Shown here: positions 26,101 to 38,075 of the stretch, piece by piece
Position numbering within the stretch: position 1 is the stretch's first letter
Layout: each line of letters starts with the position of its first letter
Source of the DNA: Octopus bimaculoides
Lineage: Eukaryota
Reading direction: 5' to 3'
NCBI RefSeq assembly: GCF_001194135.2
Contig: NC_068981.1
Coordinates: forward strand, 54,664,339 to 54,728,338
DNA: 64,000 nucleotides
Notes under the pieces: generated by a model
Told to the model about the DNA's origin: nothing
Database searches by the model: none
The model's input: only the letters and a program-made list of their open reading frames with translations
Translations under genes and position numbers: made by a program

Positions 26101-28552
26101 GCAACTAACTAATTGATTGTTTGTTTAATTTGGTTAAACACATGTCATTTGTTTTGCTTTTGTTTGTCAAAACTGTTTCGTTGCTATTTGCAACCTTTTC
26201 AATGACTTTCTTCATAGTTTGTTACAGAGGCCTCATTTGTCTGCTTGAGACCTTGTTGTGTGTGTGCGTGCTTGTGTATGTATGTAAGTATGCACCTATG
26301 TATTTTGCATATTCATGTGTCTATGTGTGTGTGCATGTATGTCTCTGTACTTCCTTTGTGGGCGTCCTTGAATGTGTCTATGTATAGGAGTTTGCGTGTG
26401 TATGTATGTGCGCCTATATATGTCTGTGTATGCATGTGTGGAGTGTGTGTGTGTTTCTGTCTCTTTGTGTATACGTGTGCTTTTGTATGTGTCTGTATGT
26501 GCATGTATCAGCACTACATATGTACCTACCAACCTATGTACCTACCTACCGATCTATCTATCTATCTTAATTTGTTGACTTTGTTTATTTTTCTATGAAT
26601 ATCATACTGTTTGAGATGGTCGAACATATGCCTTCTTCAAAAACTAACAAAAATATCAATCTTGAATGAATAAATCAATCTTTAATCAGTAAACTTTTGA
26701 TAGCAGAGAAAATGTCTATGGCATTTAATTCAGTCCTTTTATGCTGTGAGTTCAAATCGAAAGGGGATCAACTTTGCCTTTCAATCTTTCACGGTTGATA
26801 AAATGAAGTACCAGTCAGTCACTGGGGCCGCTTTAATAGATTAGTACCATTGTTTTCTGAGCTCCTTCATGCAAGTGCCTACAGCTGAGAATCTTCAGAA
26901 AATCTTTTCAATGCTGTTTGTATTTGAAAGGTGGGTGAAACTCCAATGGCAAAGTATTCCTCTGAGGAACAACAACCAGCATTATGATTCACTTTGAAAG
27001 ATCAGCTTATAACAACAGGCTAATGTCACACACATCTTTTAATTAGTGAGATATGTGGGGTAATGTTTGATGCAAGAGCAATGTGTTGTTGACGATGATG
27101 ATCAACAAATTTTCCTATTTTCATGTTTTTGACAACAAGCCCACCTGAGACTGTCTTTACCTGTATGATACAAACATCCCGTTTTGAAGTGATATAAATT
27201 AAAATCTTCCATAAAAATTTTATACTAATTTATGTTCCAAACATCAGCTTATTAGTAACACAGTTATTTTACTAAATTCTTCATTTTTTTTCAAAATTAA
27301 TTGAAATGATGATTGTTGATTAAGAAAAATATGGTAACAAATAGGTTAAAGAACTTGGTACTTCACTCTTTTTATTTAAAACTGAACATTAAAAAAATGC
27401 TTCTGCTAATTTAAATAGGCCCAGAATGTTTACTTTATAGATTTGAGAAATTAATTATGGCTAATATAACTCTGATATAAAAGAAGTTATACAAGGTTTA
27501 GTGTATTGTTTTTTGAAAAGCTTAAGTCTTTTTCACATTAACCCATTTTATATATCAATCTACTTGAGATGACTTCTAGTTTTATTATCTAGAATCTCTC
27601 TAATATAAAAAAAAAAGTATTTCATGAATTCATTCCACATTATTTACAAAATGAATTGAAACCAACAGTTTATTTTATGAGAAATTTAGTTATGGGTGAC
27701 ATAATTAATTATACATAGTCAAATATGCTATATTTAAAAATATTTCTCTAGGAAAAAAAAAAAAAAATTCACAAAGATTTCCTTCTGGAAATATTTGTTG
27801 CTCAAGATGCAGAATATTTTCAAGGAGAAAGTCATCACTATTTTGTATATATGGCTATTAATTTATATGAGATTTAACAAAAGACTTGGTTCTCTCATAA
27901 TTTATACAAAAGTAAGAAATATTTGTTTGAAACTATATTTAGCTAGGCAGTTCCTTTTGATCTTGGTAAGAGTTTTCTGTTATTGTAACCTACATTACAT
28001 GGACATATGGAACAACAGTTTTCATATTAAAATTAATGTAAAAAGGTTTCAGCTTCCTTTGTGTTATTTCCCAAATGATGGACTTTGCCCATCACAATCC
28101 CAGTTATAGTAGAAACCAGTCTGCTTAGTATTAGATATTTGGTGGAAGTATGTGCATGAACTGAAAAGGAATTTTAGGAAAATAGGTCTCATGGAAATAG
28201 TTTGATAAAAATTTCTATTAACACAATCTAAATTTTCTGACAAAATGTATGTCAAAAGTGTGAACAACATAGAAAGTTATTTCTTTCAACCACTAATGCT
28301 AAGATAAAATGATATAGATCTTAAGCTATATAGGTTAACATTTATTTGTTTTGAATAATATGGTCATATGTTCAAATATTACTTCAGTTATTGTGCCTTG
28401 TCCAAGTTTCATAACTGTTTGCATGCGTTTGTCTGATGTGTGAAGAACACTGGTTCTATCCTCTTTGCAGTTGAGTAAAGGCATCCAGTTGTAAAAGCAT
28501 TTGCTCTAACAATATACTAGCCAGCCAATGAGTTTATCAGTCTTCCACCCTA

Positions 28553-28588
<36 letters not shown>

Positions 28589-28595
28589 TTCTACT

Positions 28596-28797
28596 GTAAG
28601 CACAGGACTTAAAATTTTTGGGGGGAGAGGGCTAGTCAATTACATTGACCCCAGTGCATAACTGGTACTTACTTCATCAACCTTGAAAGGATGAAAGGCA
28701 AAGTTGACCTCTGCAGAATTTGAACTCAGCAAAGAGCTGAAAGAAATGCTGTAAAGCAATTTTTCTGACCCACTAAAGACTACGGTTTCACCACTTT
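28596..28797 (-). mobile_element. SINE family A
   Basis: CTGGTACTT...GAAAGGATGAAAGGCAAAGTTGACCTC...GAATTTGAACTCAG core. Confidence 0.8.
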
Positions 28798-28804
28798 AAT
28801 AATG

Positions 28805-29010
28805 ATAAAAATCATAATCTACTTAGAGAGATGAAGAAATGGTGGAACACAAAAGTGAATAATTGTTCCTGTGGTAATTGGTGCACTTAACATAACACCC
28901 AAACTGTTATCTAAGAAGCTAAAGGGTATTGGAATTAAGATATATGTTGACTTACAGAAAGTGCCATCTTGTATTCTGCAAGAACCCTAAGGAAGATTCT
29001 CGTGATTTGA
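28805..29010 (+). mobile_element. R4/Dong-like (RLE-type) non-LTR element 3' fragment
   Basis: LLREMKKWWNTKV / IVPVVIGALNITPKLLSKKLKGIG...LQK / AILYSARTLRKIL*, the C-terminal RLE signature, with two frameshifts. Confidence 0.75.
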
Positions 29011-29289
29011 GGAGACGTGTTGCTTTCAAACCTTAGGATAAGATCTTGACTAACTAGGGACAGTGTGGTTTTTACACAAAACAATGAGTAAACAGTTAAG
29101 AAAGCAATAACAATAAACATTAAACAAGAAAAATATAACAATGAGATTTCCCCAATGGAGGATGACCACCCAGAGTTGGCTCAGCACCCCACCAATCCTG
29201 AACCATCTGAAGTTTTGAAGATACACAGGAAGGGTACATCTCTTCTCAAATTCACCAGCCTACAGGTGCATTATTAGAGCAAGTCCACT

Positions 29290-29820
29290 CACATGGGCCA
29301 TTTTCAGTACATTCATCCACCTTTCAGTAAATGTACTGGGAGGGGGGGGGGCATCACTTCTTTCTCCACCCTCATCTTCCTTTCCAAGTGAAATTTGAAA
29401 AGGTTGATGAGTTGATGAAGGATTGGCTGAAGAGAAAAGTGTCTGTCTTCAGTCCTTTCAACCTGGTCCACCATACAATCTCTTTCACTACTTGCTACTA
29501 GACAGAAGAAAATTGCCTGCCCTTCCTGGCCAAAGGAAGGTGGCAGGTCAATCTTCACTATGGACTTGGCTGATAACCAGATCTGTCCTAAACGCAACAA
29601 CAACTGTTTGACATAACTCCACAAGTCAATAATGCATGGACAGTGGACGAGTGCATGCAGAACAGTTTTGTCGCTTTGCGTGCGTCTTGGGCAGGTCCGG
29701 ATGACAGAATTTCTGTGCTTGTTGAGTTTATCTTGAACTGGCAGTGCTCCCTGGTAGCACTGCCAAGCTAGGGATTTCTGGAAGTTATCCATCGTCCTAG
29801 GCTCAAAACTCCTCTAGAAC
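29290..29820 (-). mobile_element. L1/Tx1-like LINE 3' fragment (zf-RVT region)
   Basis: SLAWQCYQGALPVQDKL...CPR...TVLHALVHCP, a CCHC-type zinc-finger region typical of L1/Tx1 ORF2 C-termini. Confidence 0.78.
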
Positions 29821-29840
29821 AGACTGGTCATAATAATCCT

Positions 29841-30049
29841 TTCTACTATAGGCACAAGGCCTGAAATTTGGAGGAGGGGGATAGTCGATTATATCGACCC
29901 AGTATTTCACTTGTACTTAAATTATTGACCCCAAAAGGATGAAAGGCAAAGTTGATCTTGGCGGAATTTGAACTCAGAACGCAGCACCAGATGAAATACC
30001 GCTAAGCATTTCGCCTGGCATGCTAACGATTCTGCCAGCTCACTGCCTT
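29841..30049 (-). mobile_element. SINE family A
   Basis: Full-length match in reverse orientation. Confidence 0.85.
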
Positions 30050-30289
30050 AATAATAATAATTATAATGATTTCTTTATTAACCACAAGGGTTTACATTAA
30101 GAAAAACATTATGGACAACACAGGACAAAATAAAGAGTGTGTGTGTGTGTGCGTGCGCAAGTGTGTGTGTGTGCAAGTGTGTGTTAATGTGAGGGTTTTG
30201 TGTGTAAAAAAGACTAACAAAATTTTATAAAAAGGGAAGGAAAGAAATTAATGTGTAATTCTCAATAGGGAGGAGACGTTTGAGGGCTG

Positions 30290-30680
30290 TCCATGGAAAA
30301 ACTCCATAAAAAACCATGGTACCCTGACTTTTGGGGCAGTTGCCTTTTTTCTTTCCTTTTTTCCAACTACAAGCATATGCTCAGGGTAGGCCTGTTTGCC
30401 CACACCATTCTGGCCGCTTTCATCCACATTTCAGCAAACTGGCTAGAAGACAACACTTCCCTCTACCCTTATTTTGCTTTTCAAGTGAAACTTGAAGTTC
30501 ATCAGGGATTGGCCAAAAAGAAAAGTGTTTGTTTTCAGCACCTTCAATCTCGTCCACCATACAACCTCTTTTGCTTTGGCCACCAAGCATATAAAAACAG
30601 CCATTCCTTCCTAGTTAAAGGAAGTCGGCAGGGCGATCTTCACGATGGACTCAAATCATCCCACGTACAAAAGTAGGTGT
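30290..30680 (-). mobile_element. Second Tx1-like 3' fragment of the same family
   Basis: Nucleotide similarity to 29380-29560 (e.g. AAAAGTGT.TGT.TTCAG, CCACCATACAA.CTCTTT, CCAAAGGAAG/GTTAAAGGAAG). Confidence 0.7.
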
Positions 30681-30960
30681 TTGACTAATAATAATAAATT
30701 CTGATTTAGGCACAAAGCTAGCAATTTTGAGAGGAGAGGATCAGTCAAGTACTTTATTCTACTGACCCCCCAGAGGGATGAATGACAAAGTTGATCATTG
30801 CAGGCTTTAAACTATCCCACTGAGGTCAACTTTGCCTTTCATCCTCTGGGGATCAATAATATAAAGTAGCAATCACATACTGGGATCATGTAAACTATTA
30901 ATCTCATTCCCTCAAGATTGTTAGTCTTGTGCCTGAATCAGAACTAACAATAATCCTTTA

Positions 30961-31170
30961 TATTATAGGCACAAGGCTTGAAGCTTTGGAAATGGTTGCT
31001 AGTCGATTTCATTGACCCCAGTTCTTGACTGATACTTATTTTATTAATCTCAAAAGGATAAAAGATGAAGTCAAACTCAGCAGCATTTGAGCTCAGAATG
31101 TAAAACTGGAAAAAATGCTGTAAAGTATTTTGTCTGGTGGAGTAATAATGATTCTGTCAGCTTGCTACCA
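30961..31170 (-). mobile_element. SINE family A
   Basis: Degenerate match. A further rearranged partial copy lies at ~30705-30900. Confidence 0.75.
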
Positions 31171-34100
31171 TAATAATAATAATAATAATCTACAAGTGCA
31201 GATTTTCTCCTATTTAAAATTTACAGATAGAGTGATCAAGAATAGATATTAGGAAACAAATGAATTTTATTTTCACAATTAGCATACAAAACTACATCAA
31301 TACACCAAATTTGAAATCAGTTGGAACAGAATTAAAGGAACTGAAAAGTGTAAGCCAAACAGAAAAGATCCCAAAATTGAACTCCAGCCACTACTGGAAA
31401 AAATAGTTAATACTGATCATATATGAAAAAGAAAAAAAGTATCATCAGTTTTAATAAGACGTTTTAATCTGATTGCAAACTAAAAATAAAGACATTCAAT
31501 TATAAATTCATTTAACTTCATTACTGTCATATTCTTAATGTTTATATTTTTATTTTGTAGAATATTCAAGAACATTTTGCCATTTTGTCCCAGCTTTTCA
31601 ATCTACTGTATTTATCTGGAAACTCAAGGGTCTCAAACTGACAAATGCCGGACACCTCATCATCAAGTATTAGTAAGAAATTTTTTCTTCTCATTTCTTT
31701 ATTAATGAGAAGACAAAATACAGTCTACATGCAAAATACAGTTTGTCTTTCTTCTCCATAATGTTGAGCAAGTTTAAAACCATCTTACTTTGATTAACTG
31801 TTTTGATACCAGTTCACCTGTTTAAGGTGGTTTGAATTAAAACCTTCCACCATAATTCCATGTTAATTTATGATGCCAGTTGAATTAAAAGAAAGTAATT
31901 TTACTAAATTCAGGACAAAATCAAGTCAAATAACAGAGCAACTGGTTTCAAACAATTGTATTTTGCTATGCTAACCAATATACAATAATATACATTTGCC
32001 TAGTGGTTCTTTCATCACAACTTTGACAATATGGTGAGGTCTGCTTTACTGATGAGGCCATAATTAGACTGGAACATATACAAAGTTGTCTCCTAGACTT
32101 GCTAAACTTCATAAATATTTCTATTTAGTTCTTTAATGCTTACATTATTCAACACGTGAATACTAATTCACCAATATTCATTGCATTAAACATGCAAACT
32201 AACTCAGTTATAATACTACTTAATTTTGAATATTTTTTTCTATATTCTGTCCATTCTAGTGACTCATCAGACTTTTAATAAATTTACAATAACTATCAAT
32301 GAAAATTTTGGTTATTCATTCATTTTTGTATGAAATAATTAGATGTCAGTAAATTAACTCAGCTTTCATTTAGTTGGGTGTTCCAATACACAGTTGTCAC
32401 TGCCCAACCTTTCTTCCCCACCAAGCCACATTGAAGCAACTTAAATGAAGAGTTAGTGGTCGACACAAGGCACAGATGAACATCAGAAATGGTACCGAGA
32501 GGCTGACAGCGTTTAGTCAGATTAAATATTTATAACTTTGCTCAACGAAAATATGTATTAAAAAAAGCGTTACTTCTTTGCAGGATGAAAGGACAAAAGT
32601 TACAATTCCCTCAACACTCTAAAGCTATGTTAAATATTTAATGTACCATAAATGAATGAGTTTATTAGAGACGTTTAAACACAGAGGACGAAAGAAATAT
32701 TGCAGAAGATAATAGTATTCATCAACAATTACAGTAATGAATGAATAATTATATAAAACAATAAAAAATTATCTCATTAGCCAAATACAACGTAGAACAG
32801 TTGTTTATTCTAGAATTTTTAATAATTCATGTTTAAGATGTCATTTTCGATAATTTAATGGGGATAACTGTCAAACAATTTATATAAAAAAAAAATAATG
32901 AAGCATGTTAAAAACACTGACTAAAGACAACTACTAGATCCCATACCATTCAAATTTGGTTTGTGTGGATGAGGGTTGGGGAAAAAAAATCCACGCATTT
33001 GAATATAACCAAACTCTAACACACAGACGTAGTTCCTCATTCTACAGCTAACACACTTGTCTACTCCGGGCTGATCGCATACCACTTCTACCCGGGTTCT
33101 CCCGAGTTTCCTCCTCTCGTCAATCATATATCCACCTCCACCCAGACCTTGCACCAACCACTCCTTCATTCCCATAACACCGTTCCGCTGGAATTCTCCA
33201 GCGCCCCTATTCTCCATCTTTTCCCTGCAGCTGTCTATGAAAACCATGGGCACAAGCTCACCTTCAATAGACCAGATTAATTTCTTATTTTATATAAAAG
33301 CAGGGAATGACAATAAAGTTGAATTTGGCACGAAACAGCGGTATGAAGACAGTCAACTATAATAATGTGGATTTCAAATTTTGGCACAAGGCCAGCAAGT
33401 TCAGGAGAGGGGTTGAGTCAATTACATCAACTGGTTCTGATTTTATCGACCCTGAAAGAATGGAAGGTAAAGTCGACCTNNNNNNNNNNNNNNNNNNNNN
33501 NNNNNNNNNNNNNNNNNNNNNNNNNNNNNNNNNNNNNNNNNNNNNNNNNNNNNNNNNNNNNNNNNNNNNNNNNNNNNNNNNNNNNNNNNNNNNNNNNNNN
33601 NNNNNNNNNNNNNNNNNNNNNNNNNNNNNNNNNNNNNNNNNNNNNNNNNNNNNNNNNNNNNNNNNNNNNNNNNNNNNNNNNNNNNNNNNNNNNNNNNNNN
33701 NNNNNNNNNNNNNNNNNNNNNNNNNNNNNNNNNNNNNNNNNNNNNNNNNNNNNNNNNNNNNNNNNNNNNNNNNNNNNNNNNNNNNNNNNNNNNNNNNNNN
33801 NNNNNNNNNNNNNNNNNNNNNNNNNNNNNNNNNNNNNNNNNNNNNNNNNNNNNNNNNNNNNNNNNNNNNNNNNNNNNNNNNNNNNNNNNNNNNNNNNNNN
33901 NNNNNNNNNNNNNNNNNNNNNNNNNNNNNNNNNNNNNNNNNNNNNNNNNNNNNNNNNNNNNNNNNNNNNNNNNNNNNNNNNNNNNNNNNNNNNNNNNNNN
34001 NNNNNNNNNNNNNNNNNNNNNNNNNNNNNNNNNNNNNNNNNNNNNNNNNNNNNNNNNNNNNNNNNNNNNNNNNGAAATTTTTCAAAATTTTTTTTTTCAG

Positions 34101-34773
34101 AATCGGAATCTCCATAGCCTAAAACGTGGGATTCCGTAAAAAAATTAATAAATAAGGGGGGGGGGAGGTTCAGATTACATATAGTCCATCTCTACCAAAA
34201 GTTCATTACATATTTCACGTGTTGTTAAACCCAAATCAACCAAGAATAAGTAGACCTATGGGCGAAGCACACCACCCGTTTTCGGCGGTTAGGGTTGGGG
34301 GTTAGAGTTACGTCGAAAACGGGTGGTGTACGTATTTTTTTACCTCCGCCAATCAATGATCAGTGACATCCTAGCTGTGACTATCCTGTTTTATTTTTTA
34401 GACATAGTATACCCAAGATCACATTATCCGATGTGTCCTTTCTTTGTTGTTTGAGATGATTTGGCTGTTATTTCGCGCATTCACGAAAAGGCGTTCTCGT
34501 TGGCTTGAAACCTTGGGCAAGGATGAAATATCTTGAGTTAGCAGTGCATAATGGTACTGTGCTGCATATTGGATAAGAGTGCAAATTCTCCTGTATTATC
34601 AGTCAGCGGAGCAAGAAAAAACACAGTCGGCGAGGGGTGACTGGGTGGAATGAACACGTCAGGAGCTCCGAGATTACTTGAGTAATTGAAATTTTCTCGC
34701 ACACCACGTTAAGAATGTTAACTTTTACGTTATTAACTTGATGATCTGCAATAATGAGATCGAATCATATTAC

Positions 34774-35032
34774 GGTACTACTAAAGCAGCGCGGACCCGA
34801 ACGCGCAGTCGCGCGTCCGAGCTAGCTAGTCTTGAGTGGTCGATCCTAACCCTAACCCTATCCCTAACCCTAACCCTGTCCCTAACCCTAACCCTATCCC
34901 TATCCCTATCCCTAACTCGCGTGTGCAAATGAATGTGTTTAGGGTTAGGGTTAGGGTTAGGATCGACCACTCACGACTAGCTAGCCCGGACGCGCGACTG
35001 CGCGTTCGGGTCCGCGCTGCTTTAGTAGTACC
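34774..35032. mobile_element. Non-autonomous TIR element carrying internal telomeric repeats; 9-bp TSD (Merlin- or MULE-like ends)
   Basis: 71-bp TIRs (34774-34844 and 34962-35032, 2 mismatches) begin GGTAC. TCATATTAC is duplicated at 34765-34773 and 35033-35041. Confidence 0.9.
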
Positions 35033-35107
35033 TCATATTACATGTGAATATCACAATATTTTATTAAATTTCATTTATATTCAACTAATAAATTAATAAT
35101 GATAACT

Positions 35108-35630
35108 GTTTCAAATTTTGGCGCAAGGCCAGCAGTTTTCGGGGAAGAGGGTTAGTCGGTTACGTCGACCCTAGTAACCGACTGCTACTATATTCTATCG
35201 ACCCCGAAGGGATAAAAGGCAAGGCTGACTTCGGGAGAAGTTGAACTCAGAACGTTAGGAGTCGGAAGAAATACCGATAAGCATTTTGTCCGACGCGCTG
35301 ACCAATGTTCCAGACTTATGACCGGCAATTTTGTGAAGAAGGGGAGGTCGACTACATCGACCCCAGAGCTCAACTGGTACTTATTTGATCGACTCCGAAA
35401 GGAAAAAAGGCAGAGTCGATTTCGGGTTCAATAATAATAATGTCTTCTACTGTAGGTGCAAGGCCTGCAGTTTTGAGGGAGGGGACCCAGTTGATTACAC
35501 CGACCCCAATGTTCAACTGATACCTATTTTATCGACCCCGAAAGGGTGAAAGGTAAAGTTGACTTCGGCGGAAGTTGAACTCACAACGTTAAGACGAACA
35601 AAATGCCGCTAAGCCTTCTACCCGGCGTAC
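35108..35630 (-). mobile_element. SINE family A, three same-orientation copies
   Basis: The core GACCCCGAAAGG..AAAGGC.AAGT.GACTTCGG recurs at ~35200, ~35390 and ~35535. Confidence 0.85.
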
Positions 35631-38075
35631 TACCTATGTAGTACTTCATACACAGATCCGCTAACATAAACTGCTCGGAATAGAACAAGTCAAGATTATT
35701 TTAAGCATTTCCCCAATTATTAAATAGTTGCTAAGGAAATTCTCCCATTCCCAGACATACACACAAAGAGACTAATTAAAAACAGTAAAAGTGGAATAAT
35801 TCCATTGCTCTTTTTCTTTCGTTAAAAGTTGGACGACAATAGAGTTACCGAATTAAAACTTTTTCTCTCGATCTCGTAAGTTTGTGTAATGAAAGTTAAT
35901 TCTTATAAGAAATGTTTACAGACCTTAAATGTTGAGCCTCCTGTTACCAAAATGAGTGTTCACTTTAGAAAGTTGAAGCATTTGAATATTTCAACAAAAA
36001 TAGATTAAAGCTTCCTGTAAGACAGTCTTAATTCTCGACAGAAAAAATGTAATATCTTCTACTGGCGACCGGCTGTTAAAAAATATCCCTCACATCTTTA
36101 TTCTCTCTTATATGAGTACTCGTTATATAAAACACGCTTCGTTCCTTTTTCTTATCAAAATGTAAACATGTATATACTGTCCATATGAAATTTATAAAGT
36201 GCAAACAGAAACTTATCTGTTAGTAGCAGCAGCAACAGTTACTGTCAAGTTTCGTGTGTCAAATAAGTAGGTGTGATGGAGAACGCTGCCCTCACCCATC
36301 ACTCATAGTTCTTCGCCTCAACTTTTCTCTCAACTTCCCTAGTTTCCTTTTCTCCACACGTGACTCCTGTAATGTAACAACAATGACTAACAGCCTAATT
36401 TGATGATATTTTTCACGCAAGTTGCTACTGACAGATTGATATCAAACAATGGGATTATAAAACAAGTTTCATGAAACAAAGTTTTCCCACTCAAACAGAG
36501 ACTTTATCATACAAGGCAACGGGGGAACTACTAACAGGGTCGCTTGGTCTACTAGAAATAGCAGCCAGTTTCTTTTACGTCACATACCCTGCTTTATTCA
36601 AGTAGACGAGACACGTTAGATGTCTTAAATATACTCTGAAAATGTAGCAGTATGTTCACGGAGGGATGTCTTTAACTACATGTCTGTCTGTTTGATGAAA
36701 ACTGACCTTGAGCTAAGCATGTTTAATAACGGCCATGACGAAGGGAAATAGCCCTGAAACTCGAGTCGCCTTTATATATTTATATTTATATATTTGATCC
36801 TTTATATTGAACACTCAATATTTCATCTACATTCAATACTTTATTTCATGGTGCCATCCATTTTTATTTTATTTTATTTTATATTATATATTGTATATTC
36901 CATATTCTATACCCCACATTGGTTCTGCAGGAATATAAATAAAACATAAAAAACAGACAGTGTTGGAACTCTTTTAAACAAAATAATATATTCCTCTATA
37001 CACAATCATACAAAAAAACCACCTTTTTTGTATTTATTTTTACTCGCATATATNNNNNNNNNNNNNNNNNNNNNNNNNNNNNNNNNNNNNNNNNNNNNNN
37101 NNNNNNNNNNNNNNNNNNNNNNNNNNNNNNNNNNNNNNNNNNNNNNNNNNNNNNNNNNNNNNNNNNNNNNNNNNNNNNNNNNNNNNNNNNNNNNNNNNNN
37201 NNNNNNNNNNNNNNNNNNNNNNNNNNNNNNNNNNNNNNNNNNNNNNNNNNNNNNNNNNNNNNNNNNNNNNNNNNNNNNNNNNNNNNNNNNNNNNNNNNNN
37301 NNNNNNNNNNNNNNNNNNNNNNNNNNNNNNNNNNNNNNNNNNNNNNNNNNNNNNNNNNNNNNNNNNNNNNNNNNNNNNNNNNNNNNNNNNNNNNNNNNNN
37401 NNNNNNNNNNNNNNNNNNNNNNNNNNNNNNNNNNNNNNNNNNNNNNNNNNNNNNNNNNNNNNNNNNNNNNNNNNNNNNNNNNNNNNNNNNNNNNNNNNNN
37501 NNNNNNNNNNNNNNNNNNNNNNNNNNNNNNNNNNNNNNNNNNNNNNNNNNNNNNNNNNNNNNNNNNNNNNNNNNNNNNNNNNNNNNNNNNNNNNNNNNNN
37601 NNNNNNNNNNNNNNNNNNNNNNNNNNNNNNNNNNNNNNNNNNNNNNNNNNNNNNNNNNNNNNNNNNNNNNNNNNNNNNNNNNNNNNNNNNNNNNNNNNNN
37701 NNNNNNNNNNNNNNNNNNNNNNNNNNNNNNNNNNNNNNNNNNNNNNNNNNNNNNNNNNNNNNNNNNNNNNNNNNNNNNNNNNNNNNNNNNNNNNNNNNNN
37801 NNNNNNNNNNNNNNNNNNNNNNNNNNNNNNNNNNNNNNNNNNNNNNNNNNNNNNNNNNNNNNNNNNNNNNNNNNNNNNNNNNNNNNNNNNNNNNNNNNNN
37901 NNNNNNNNNNNNNNNNNNNNNNNNNNNNNNNNNNNNNNNNNNNNNNNNNNNNNNNNNNNNNNNNNNNNNNNNNNNNNNNNNNNNNNNNNNNNNNNNNNNN
38001 NNNNNNNNNNNNNNNNNNNNNNNNNNNNNNNNNNNNNNNNATATATAAATCACTAATTGTTTTGTTTTTTTATTT

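Noticed and set aside
32049-32077. CTGATGAGGCC...ACTGGAAC as a hammerhead ribozyme core
   Set aside because: The GAAA is absent (GGAAC), stem II pairs poorly, and I found no stems I/III. At best a dead relic.
32921-33253. 110-aa ORF in a GC-richer island
   Set aside because: No recognisable domain or splice context; probably an unclassified repeat fragment.
34738-35096. ORFs with PNPNPN, RVRVRV or LTLTLT repeats
   Set aside because: These are translations of the telomeric hexamers within a TIR element.
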